Assembly (NCBI GenBank): GCA_029570245.1
Contig: JAKQSH010000185.1
Location: forward strand, 1-33,265
Source: Deltaproteobacteria bacterium
Lineage (GTDB): Bacteria; Myxococcota_A; SURF-8
Reading direction: 5' to 3'
Length of the DNA stretch: 33,265 nucleotides
In this document: in pieces, positions 1 through 7,063 of the stretch
Layout of the letters: the number at the start of each line of letters is the position of its first letter
Position numbering within the stretch: the first letter of the stretch is position 1
Program-made: the position numbers and the translations under genes
The notes under the pieces: generated by a model
Seen by the model: the letters and a program-made list of their open reading frames with translations, nothing else
Database searches by the model: none
What the model was told of the DNA's origin: nothing

Positions 1-984
1 GTCGTTGACCTCCGTTAACGGGAATGCAACAAAATTAGGACTCAGAATCAGATTCTGATTGGCTGTCTGGCAGCTCAGGTTGATTCTGGCTTCAGGTCTT
101 TCCGGGTCGTTGGTATCGAAAATAAGCGTATTCTCGTATGTGCCGGCCTCAACTGAATAGCAGGAAATGTTGAATGTAAACGAACCGTTCATTGGAATCA
201 GTCTCTCTCCGAAAGAACCGATGCCGAGGTCCTGTGTCTGAAAAACACTCAGTTCCGGATTGGAAAATCTGAAGTTGGAAAGCTCAAGGGTGGCGCAGCC
301 GTCTGCGAGGTCCAGCCCGTTGCTTATTTTCACCGGCACCTGAGTGAATCTGTTCTTGCTTATCATTCCGAAGTCGATTTCGTTGTCCGGCGAAATTTCA
401 ATTATGGGATTGCCGGAATTTTCATGCCTGAGTTCAATCATAATCGGTTCCGGGCTGTGGCTGATGCTGATTTCCAGAGCGCCGCCGGTTCCGGCTATGC
501 CTGTTCCGAGATAACCGACATCCACATCCAGCCTTCCGCCGGGAAGCAGTGTGATGCTTTCGTTTTCAGCAAGATAATCCTCCGGCAGGATATAGAACTG
601 CGGTACGGAGTCGGAGGTAAGGTGGTATGATACAATGATTGCTCTCTTCGGCCCGAAGTTTTCGATTCTCACAGTTCTGACAACTTCCTCGTTTCCGGCT
701 ATTACACAACCGAAATCAAGCTCTCTGGGGCTGACTGTATAAGTGGGGTCTTCTATGTCAGTCTCGGTTTCATTTTCAGGCTCCAGATCGTCATCGACGA
801 AATCGCCGTCGGTTTCGGCTTCGGTTTCTGCCGCATCAGTCTCAATCTCGACATCGCCTTCCGGCGCGCCGGACTGGTCGCCGTCGCCATCGGCGTTTAT
901 AACTCCGCTTATAGTGCTGTCCGTGCAGGCTCCGGCAAAGATTGATAACGAGATCAGCAGCAGAACTGAAAGAATTGATTTCAT
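1..984 (-). CDS. Secreted (probable lipo)protein with signal peptide, D/E-rich linker and tandem choice-of-anchor-D / ASH-like beta-sandwich repeats. The 3' end is cut by the window edge.
   Basis: Absent from the ORF track because it runs off the left edge. My reverse-complement translation from ATG 984..982 is open for all 328 codons. It reads MKSILSVLLLISLSIFAGAC-TDS, then ADGDGDQSGAPEGDVEIETDAAETEAETDGDFVDDDLEPENETETD. Repeat units follow: LDFGCVIAGNEEVVRTVRIENFG... and IDFGMISKNRFTQVPVKISN...LIFDTNDPERPEARINLSC. An SD-like AAGGTGAGG lies just upstream of the ATG. Confidence 0.75.
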   Translation of the reverse strand, partial: MKSILSVLLLISLSIFAGACTDSTISGVINADGDGDQSGAPEGDVEIETDAAETEAETDGDFVDDDLEPENETETDIEDPTYTVSPRELDFGCVIAGNEEVVRTVRIENFGPKRAIIVSYHLTSDSVPQFYILPEDYLAENESITLLPGGRLDVDVGYLGTGIAGTGGALEISISHSPEPIMIELRHENSGNPIIEISPDNEIDFGMISKNRFTQVPVKISNGLDLADGCATLELSNFRFSNPELSVFQTQDLGIGSFGERLIPMNGSFTFNISCYSVEAGTYENTLIFDTNDPERPEARINLSCQTANQNLILSPNFVAFPLTEVND

Positions 985-1292
985 CGCCTCACCTTCTGAT
1001 TTTACTGAGCATTAGCTTTACATTTTATCCGTTGTTTTCAGTCTATTCATGTTATTTTTGTTTTACAAATGTTTTCTTGTCACATTTACCGTTTTTCCGT
1101 GTAGATGAAAATAAAGACTGGAAAATGTGCCGGAAATATGTTTTTTGCTGTATCTGCAACAATTTTATTGCGGATTATCTCTGATTTCTGTTCACATCTG
1201 CCTGAATAAGTGGAATAATAATCAATTGTGGATGGTTATTGCCTCATGGCAGCCGGCTCGTTTTTCGTTGCAGAACGCGAAAGGAGACATGA

Positions 1293-1514
1293 TTGACCAT
1301 GGAAGGCAGTTTGTTAAAAGTATGGGGAGAAAGAGCCAGGATTTTTTTCGTCACGCACCTGGTGACGATGTCTCTGGTTTTATCGTTTTACACTCTGGTG
1401 TCCCTGTTTCATCCAATGCCGATTTATCCCGTCTTCTGGATTCTGACCGCCTCAGCTTTCGTCCCGGTAAGCCTTGGAATTACGGCAGTTATTGTGAAGG
1501 AGAAGTCGGCATGA
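1293..1514 (+). CDS. Small hypothetical membrane protein (about 73 aa, two predicted TM helices)
   Basis: AAGGAG at 1281..1286 is well spaced for TTG 1293 or ATG 1299. Two hydrophobic stretches are present (IFFVTHLVTMSLVLSFYTLVSLF and IYPVFWILTASAFVPVSLGITAVIV). The stop TGA 1512..1514 overlaps the next gene's ATG 1511 (ATGA coupling). No family recognised. Confidence 0.45.
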   Translation: MTMEGSLLKVWGERARIFFVTHLVTMSLVLSFYTLVSLFHPMPIYPVFWILTASAFVPVSLGITAVIVKEKSA

Positions 1515-2179
1515 AAGCGCTGAAGGAAATCTGGACGCATTTTCACTGGCTTATCATGGGGCTGGGGCTTTTCGGCATCTGGGCGGGCGGTTATTTTCTG
1601 GTAAGCAGTTACATGATCGACAAGCCAATGAATACTCTTACAACCGGACTGGACGAGATGATTCCGTTCGTTCCGGCTTTTTCGTTTGTGTATCTCACCG
1701 TGTACTGGATGTTTCTGCTGGCGCCTTTCACTTCTCCCACGCCGCGTGACAGCCTTCTTCTGGCGCGGGCCTATCTGACACTGATTTTCGTACCGTGGAT
1801 ATTTTTCATTTTCTACCCGGTAATGTTCCACAGACCGGACTTTGACGTGAACAATTTCACAATGTGGACGCTGTTGCAGATTTATCGCGCCGACAACCCT
1901 ATCAACTGCTTCCCTTCACCTCACTGTGCGGGCGCAATGCTGTCAACGCTGATAATACTCGACCGCTCAAGCCGTAAACTGGGACTTTTTGCATTTGTGC
2001 TGACTTTTGTCATCGGAGCCTCGACGCTGCTCATAAAACAGCATTACATTCTTGACGTGGTGGCCGGATACGCTCTTGGAGCAGGCATTTACTATTTCTA
2101 TTACAGAATGCCGTCCTTCGAAGTTCAGACGTACTTCAGGCGGGTTTACCAGGAAATTCAGCAGCGTATCGGGCAGTAA
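1511..2179 (+). CDS. PAP2 superfamily membrane enzyme, PAP2_C / sphingomyelin-synthase-Aur1-like subtype
   Basis: Motifs FPSPHCAG (PSGH-like) and LLIKQHYILDVVAGYALG (HYxxDV) sit in a polytopic membrane protein. I prefer ATG 1511 (AAGGAG about 10 nt upstream) to the track's 1127 start, whose extension crosses an AT-rich promoter-like region. Confidence 0.75.
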   Translation: MKALKEIWTHFHWLIMGLGLFGIWAGGYFLVSSYMIDKPMNTLTTGLDEMIPFVPAFSFVYLTVYWMFLLAPFTSPTPRDSLLLARAYLTLIFVPWIFFIFYPVMFHRPDFDVNNFTMWTLLQIYRADNPINCFPSPHCAGAMLSTLIILDRSSRKLGLFAFVLTFVIGASTLLIKQHYILDVVAGYALGAGIYYFYYRMPSFEVQTYFRRVYQEIQQRIGQ

Positions 2180-2199
2180 ATGTGTTTGGAAATCTAAAC

Positions 2200-2526
2200 T
2201 CAGTCCCTGTTCGAATCAGCACCGGGTTTTTTCAGGCGAACCAGTGTTGCGCCCCATGATCCCGAAGTTTCGTCGCCGATGCGGAAGAATTCGACCAGCG
2301 GATGCTTTTCCAGTATGGACTGCACGCTGCGGCGCAACACTCCGCGACCTTTACCGTGTATTATGCGCAGCTCGAAGATGCCGTGCTCGAAACAGGCGGC
2401 GATGTATTCGGGTACCAGGTCTTTCACTTCAGCCGGGCTGAATGTGTGCAGATCAAGCTGCCCGTCGATGGGAATTTCGATCTCCGGGATATCTTCCATG
2501 TCGTAATCGTCTTCCGTATGGCTCAT
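2200..2526 (-). CDS. Smr (small MutS-related) domain protein
   Basis: LDLHTFSPAEV...LRIIHGKGRGVLRRSVQSILEKHPLVEFF matches the Smr domain signature (LDLHG...IIHGKG.G.L). Start taken at the internal ATG 2526 (MSHTEDDYD...). Confidence 0.85.
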   Translation of the reverse strand: MSHTEDDYDMEDIPEIEIPIDGQLDLHTFSPAEVKDLVPEYIAACFEHGIFELRIIHGKGRGVLRRSVQSILEKHPLVEFFRIGDETSGSWGATLVRLKKPGADSNRD

Positions 2527-2557
2527 TGTGAATTTCCATATTATTAACATTAAAGAT

Positions 2558-2587
2558 TTGAATTCCACAGAGATTGTATACTATACT
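2558..2587 (+). promoter_or_regulatory. Candidate sigma70-type promoter for the lipoprotein-mla operon
   Basis: TTGAAT (2558..2563), 18-nt spacer, TATACT (2582..2587), in the divergent intergenic region between the Smr gene and the lipoprotein gene. Pattern match only. Confidence 0.3.
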
Positions 2588-2705
2588 GAATAATTGAAGT
2601 GGAGAAACAAAAAGGGGATAAGGTGCCGTCGAAAAGCCTTTGCCGAGACAGAATGTATCTGTTAGATTCCGTATGCCGTTTAACGGGAATTGAAAGGAAG
2701 CCGAA

Positions 2706-3227
2706 TTGCTGACTAAAAGAATGGCTTTTCCGCTTGTCCTGGTGCTTTGTTGTGCGCTTGTACAGGCCGCCTGTTCGGGTAAACAGTACAGTAATGGTGT
2801 ATTCGAGGACAAAAAAAACGCCTACAGGGTGGAAGACCCCGGAAAGGGCTGGCAACGCATCGAATCAGAAGACACCGATCTGGCATTTTTCAACGACGGG
2901 CTTAATGCCGTAATAATGGTAAACTCCACCTGCGATGATTATAAGGACGCTCCGGCGTCGGCTTTGACCGGCCATCTGTATATCGGAATCGAAGAACGCA
3001 AGGTGCTTGAGCAGCAGAAAATCAAGCTCGACGGACGCGAAGCCATATATACGCTTGTGGAAGGCAAGCTGGATGGAGTGCCGGTTAAGGTTGCCACTTA
3101 CGTGCTGGTGAAAAATTATTGCATATACGATCTGGCGTATTCGGCGCCTCCGGCTGCCTTCGAACGCGGTCTGCCGTATCTCAAAAAGGTAGCCGAAAAA
3201 TTCAAAGTACTGCGCAGAAAGGACTAG
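2706..3227 (+). CDS. Probable lipoprotein, hypothetical (PsbP/DcrB-like alpha-beta sandwich is only a guess), first gene of the mla-like operon
   Basis: Signal peptide MAFPLVLVLCCALVQAAC-SGK with a Cys after the hydrophobic core. Start is TTG 2706 or ATG 2721. It ends 4 nt before mlaE. Confidence 0.7.
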   Translation: MLTKRMAFPLVLVLCCALVQAACSGKQYSNGVFEDKKNAYRVEDPGKGWQRIESEDTDLAFFNDGLNAVIMVNSTCDDYKDAPASALTGHLYIGIEERKVLEQQKIKLDGREAIYTLVEGKLDGVPVKVATYVLVKNYCIYDLAYSAPPAAFERGLPYLKKVAEKFKVLRRKD

Positions 3228-3231
3228 TTCT

Positions 3232-4017
3232 TTGGCCAGAGCAAAAACTAATCCTTTAAACACCACTTTTTCGTTCGAAACCACGCTTATATGGATGGGG
3301 TCGATTTCTCTGCTTGCGGGCCAGACCATAAAGCGCATGTTTTCCGGCGGAGTGGAATTCGGTGAAATAGTCCATCAGATAAAAGTTCTGGGTATCAAGT
3401 CGCTTACAATCGTCAGTCTCACTGCGGTTTTCTCCGGGGCGGTCATGGGATTGCAGTTCGGCATGGCCATGGGGCGTTTCGGCGCGCGTGAAATGGTGGG
3501 GCAGGTGGTGTCTATGGCCATTCTGCGCGAACTGGGTCCGGTTCTGACGGCACTGCTGGTGGGCGGACGCATCGGGTCGGGTATGGCGGCGGAACTTGGT
3601 TCCATGCGCGTCACCGAACAGATAGACGCCATCCGCATTCTGGGCGCCGATCCCATTACCAAGCTTATCGTGCCGCGTGTGCTGGCGACGGTAATAATTT
3701 CGCCGCTGCTGACGATCTGGGCCGATCTTATCGGCGTTCTGGGCGGTGCGGTGGTGGCAAATACCGAATTCGGCGTCGGATATCAGTATTATTATCAGTC
3801 GGTTTTCGACATGATCGAAATCGCCGACTTCGTGTCGGGCGTAAGCAAGTCGGTTTTCTTCGGTTTTCTGGTGTCGCTGATAGCATGCCATGAAGGCTTC
3901 AACACGCGCGGCGGAACCGAAGGCGTAGGGCATTCCACCACCCGCACGGTGGTGTTGCTGTCCATAATAACGCTTATAGCCGACTTCATGCTGACTAAAA
4001 TTTTCCTGATGTTGTAG
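3232..4017 (+). CDS. mlaE: MlaE-family ABC transporter permease
   Basis: Characteristic MlaE/YrbE segments are present: AILRELGPVLTALLVGGRIGSGMAAELGSMRVTEQIDAIRILGADPI and GGTEGVGHSTTRTVV. About 260 aa. TTG start. Confidence 0.9.
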   Translation: MARAKTNPLNTTFSFETTLIWMGSISLLAGQTIKRMFSGGVEFGEIVHQIKVLGIKSLTIVSLTAVFSGAVMGLQFGMAMGRFGAREMVGQVVSMAILRELGPVLTALLVGGRIGSGMAAELGSMRVTEQIDAIRILGADPITKLIVPRVLATVIISPLLTIWADLIGVLGGAVVANTEFGVGYQYYYQSVFDMIEIADFVSGVSKSVFFGFLVSLIACHEGFNTRGGTEGVGHSTTRTVVLLSIITLIADFMLTKIFLML

Positions 4018-4023
4018 GGTGAA

Positions 4024-4812
4024 ATGCTGGAACTCGAAACCGAAAAATTCAAGGCTGGCGATATAATCATAACCTATCAGGATGTCTGGAAAGGCTTTGA
4101 AGACCTGTCGGTTTACGAAGGACTGAACCTCGAAATCCGCAAGGGCGAGACGGTTTCCATAATGGGCGGGTCGGGCACCGGAAAGACCGTGGCGCTTAAA
4201 ATGCTGGTCGGGTTGCTTACACCGGATCGAGGCGACATAACGGTTTTCGGAAAAAGCATCATAGGCATAAGCGAAAAAGACTGGGTGGCTGTGCGTCAGC
4301 GTGTTTCTCTGCTTTTCCAGAGCAACGCACTTTTCGATTCGCTTGATGTGCGCGAAAACCTGGCCTATCCGTTGCGCATAAAAGACCCGCACATCGCCGA
4401 ATCCGAAATCGACCGGCTGGTTGAAGAAAAACTGGGGCTGGTGGGCCTGCCGGGCATCCAGCACAAAAAACCGTCCGATCTGTCCGGCGGCATGCAGAAG
4501 CGGGTCGGTCTGGCGCGTGCCATCGTAACGGAACCGGACGTTATATTGTGGGACGAACCGACCACTGGTCTTGATCCGATCAACACACGCAGAATCGGCA
4601 GCCTCATCAAACGCATGAATGAGGTTTTAGGTTGCACCAGCATTGTTGTAACGCACGACATCGGCACGGCCTTCGAAGTGTCCGATCGCATCGCGTTTCT
4701 TTTCAATAAAAAACTGATTCTGACAGACACGACTGAAAATATTAAGAAAACCGACGTTCCCGAAGTAAGAAACTTCCTCGACGGGCGCTTCCAGGGTCTG
4801 TACGGGGAATGA
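4024..4812 (+). CDS. mlaF: MlaF-like ABC transporter ATP-binding protein
   Basis: Walker A GGSGTGKT, ABC signature LSGGMQKRVGLARA, Walker B ILWDEPTTGLD, H-loop VTHD. Positioned between the permease and the MCE gene. Confidence 0.9.
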   Translation: MLELETEKFKAGDIIITYQDVWKGFEDLSVYEGLNLEIRKGETVSIMGGSGTGKTVALKMLVGLLTPDRGDITVFGKSIIGISEKDWVAVRQRVSLLFQSNALFDSLDVRENLAYPLRIKDPHIAESEIDRLVEEKLGLVGLPGIQHKKPSDLSGGMQKRVGLARAIVTEPDVILWDEPTTGLDPINTRRIGSLIKRMNEVLGCTSIVVTHDIGTAFEVSDRIAFLFNKKLILTDTTENIKKTDVPEVRNFLDGRFQGLYGE

Positions 4813-4827
4813 AAACGGGTTTATATC

Positions 4828-5949
4828 ATGCGCGATAAAAAGACATTCATTCAGGTAGGAATTTTCGTAACCATACTGAGCCTGCTCTTTTTCATCATTG
4901 TATTTGTAATCGGTCAGGAGCGCAGCATGTTCGAATCGACCACTACGCTGTACACCTGGTTTAAAAATGTCGGCGGACTGAAAGCCGGCGCCCAGGTGCG
5001 TCTGTCTGGTGTGGCGGTCGGCTCGGTAACCGAAATAAGTTTTGCAGATGCGCTCGACGAACCGCGCCTGAAAATCGAAATGCAGGTCAAAACTTCGGTC
5101 ATGCCGCGCATCCGCCAGGATTCCAAGGCCACCATCAGTTCCAAGGGGCTTCTTGGCGATAAAGTCATAGAAATTTCCGTGGGTTCCATGGGCAAAGAGC
5201 AACTTGAAGAATATCAGTTCATCGAAAGCACCGAACCGCCCGATATCGCAACAATCATGGAAACCGGAGCCGAAATGCTTGGGCATATCAAAGACGTAGC
5301 CAAGGACCTGTCCGGTATGACCAGCGGTATCGGAGAAGAAACCATCGACGATATAAAAAGCACCATTGCACACTTCGAAGACGTAATGTCAGAGGTACGT
5401 AACGGTGACGGCATTGTTCACGGTCTTATTTACGACACCAAGGCCAACTCCGACTTCAGAGGTTCTCTGTCCAATATTCATGTCGCAACTGTAAAACTCA
5501 ATAAATCCATCGACCATGTCGAAAAAATACTGGAAGAAGTGCGTACCGGTGATGGCCTTATTCACAGTCTGGTTTACCAGAAAGAAGGCGGTCAGATTGT
5601 GAAAAACCTCGAAGAAGCCTCTGCCGTCGTGACCGAAATTGTCAATGCCATCAAAAACGACAAGGGCATGCTGCACACCCTTATTTACGATGAGGACAAG
5701 GGTAATTTTATCCGCAACCTGAATCAGGCTTCCGACGACATCCGCCATCTTACCGAATATATCCGTTCTGGACAGGGTACAGTCGGGGCGCTTATAAACG
5801 ATCCGACGGTTTACGAAGACCTGAAAGTTATTCTGGGCAACATAAAACGCAATAAAGCCCTTAAAGCCCTTGTCCGAATGTCAATAGAGCGGGAGGAAGA
5901 GGAGGGCGACAGTCGCCGCATCAAGTCGGAAGATGAAGAGAAACACTGA
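4828..5949 (+). CDS. mlaD: MlaD/MCE-domain protein with a long C-terminal repeat extension
   Basis: N-terminal TM helix, then an MCE domain (VGGLKAGAQVRLSGVAVGSVTEI...SSKGLLGDKVIEIS). About 230 further residues carry four repeats: GDGIVHGLIYD, GDGLIHSLVYQ, DKGMLHTLIYDE and GQGTVGALINDP. Confidence 0.85.
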   Translation: MRDKKTFIQVGIFVTILSLLFFIIVFVIGQERSMFESTTTLYTWFKNVGGLKAGAQVRLSGVAVGSVTEISFADALDEPRLKIEMQVKTSVMPRIRQDSKATISSKGLLGDKVIEISVGSMGKEQLEEYQFIESTEPPDIATIMETGAEMLGHIKDVAKDLSGMTSGIGEETIDDIKSTIAHFEDVMSEVRNGDGIVHGLIYDTKANSDFRGSLSNIHVATVKLNKSIDHVEKILEEVRTGDGLIHSLVYQKEGGQIVKNLEEASAVVTEIVNAIKNDKGMLHTLIYDEDKGNFIRNLNQASDDIRHLTEYIRSGQGTVGALINDPTVYEDLKVILGNIKRNKALKALVRMSIEREEEEGDSRRIKSEDEEKH

Positions 5950-5991
5950 AATGATCTGAAGTCGCAGGATTTGTTCCGGGGGGAAGTAAGA

Positions 5992-6933
5992 ATGAATTAT
6001 TTGAAACCATACATTGAGGCGTTTTTCAGGCTTCCGCGTTTGTGGTTTCTGCTTCTGGTGCAGGTTCTGCTTGATGCTGCGCTGGGGATTATGACTTTTC
6101 TACCATTCTTTCTGGCAATTTCGCTCTTTCTGCGCGCCTTTCTGCTTTCGCCTCCGGCAGGGGGAACTTCGCTTGAGGATATAGTCACTCCATTAAGAAT
6201 ACTGCTCGGAAACACCTGCGTGGCGTTCGCCATTTCAGGTTTCATGGCGGCATACCTTGTTACGGCATTTATGATGAAGGTTCTCATTCGTTCTGTGCTT
6301 ATGGCCGGAGTGGCGGACGTGGCGCGCGGCCAGCCGTTCGCCGGTCCTGTATCGCTGCTTTCGGGCGCAATCCGCCTCTGGCCGCGATTTGTTCCGCTGT
6401 ATCTGGCCGGATTTGTCGGAAACATTCTTTTCATAATCACAGCCGGAAGTTTCCTGCTGCTCATGTTTTATTTCGTCGATCCATATCTGCATGACAACAC
6501 TCCCGGTCTGCGTTATGTGTTTGATATAGCTTATCTTCTGCTGACAGTCGGGCCTCTGCTCGGAATGTATGTGCTGGGTCTGGCAGTGTGGTATCTGGCG
6601 CATCTGACTATTGCCGTTGACAATCTGTGCTGCATTGAAGCTGTAAAAACCGCATGGCGCTTATTATGGCAATACAGTGCGCAACTTATGATTTTTCTGC
6701 TGGCGCTGCTTTATCCGGCTGCCTTGCTGTGGGCGGTTTCGCTGGGCGGAAGCTCCATGCTGATGAGCATACGCATACAAAGCGGTTTCGCCGGAGTGTT
6801 TTCGCTCGCTTCGAACGCATGGTCGCTGACATTCATACTTGTCGGCTACGCACTGAATCTTTTTGTGATTCTCGGCATGGCGGTTTTTTATCGCGAAACG
6901 GCAAAAAGCCGGACTGAAGCCGGCTCCATATGA
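5992..6933 (+). CDS. Polytopic integral membrane protein, hypothetical (last gene of the mla-like cluster)
   Basis: At least 6 hydrophobic helices. The G-rich SD-like GGGGGAAG precedes ATG 5992 (the track's TTG 5971 is less likely). No catalytic motif recognised. Confidence 0.65.
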   Translation: MNYLKPYIEAFFRLPRLWFLLLVQVLLDAALGIMTFLPFFLAISLFLRAFLLSPPAGGTSLEDIVTPLRILLGNTCVAFAISGFMAAYLVTAFMMKVLIRSVLMAGVADVARGQPFAGPVSLLSGAIRLWPRFVPLYLAGFVGNILFIITAGSFLLLMFYFVDPYLHDNTPGLRYVFDIAYLLLTVGPLLGMYVLGLAVWYLAHLTIAVDNLCCIEAVKTAWRLLWQYSAQLMIFLLALLYPAALLWAVSLGGSSMLMSIRIQSGFAGVFSLASNAWSLTFILVGYALNLFVILGMAVFYRETAKSRTEAGSI

Positions 6934-6983
6934 AAAACACACACGAAAACTTCAAATATCACCAGATATTAACCTTATAAAGC

Positions 6984-7012
6984 TTGACCTCTCCGCTTTT
7001 TCCTGTTGAAAT
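6984..7012 (+). promoter_or_regulatory. Candidate promoter for the giant ORF
   Basis: TTGACC (6984..6989), 17-nt spacer, TGAAAT (7007..7012), in the 130-nt gap upstream of ATG 7064. Pattern match only. Confidence 0.25.
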
Positions 7013-7063
7013 GAAACATTATGAGGCCATAGTACAAACAGGTCATTTACGGAGAATGGCGAG

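Noticed and set aside
743-1015. A 90-aa plus-strand ORF with poly-Ser/Val repeats (SVSVSFSGSRSSS...)
   Set aside because: It is the antisense reading of the D/E-rich linker (GAx/GAC codons) of the left-edge lipoprotein gene, which I verified as an uninterrupted 328-codon frame.
1127-1510. A 128-codon N-terminal extension of the PAP2 ORF as listed in the track
   Set aside because: The extension starts in an AT-rich promoter-like stretch and has no SD at 1127. The ATG at 1289 is only 2 nt from the AAGGAG. The internal ATG 1511 has a proper SD and gives a typical PAP2 size. Some uncertainty remains (see the finding on 1293..2179).
2209-2217. GTTCGAATC, a tRNA T-loop-like string
   Set aside because: The flanks form only a 3-bp stem and there is no acceptor or anticodon arm. 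The string lies inside the Smr gene's 3' coding region (..GADSNRD).
3256-4464. A 402-aa minus-strand ORF spanning mlaE and mlaF
   Set aside because: It is antisense to two genes with clear ABC permease and ATPase motifs. It crosses their intergenic gap, and its composition is R/H/Q-rich, so it is an artefact of the sense-strand codon bias.
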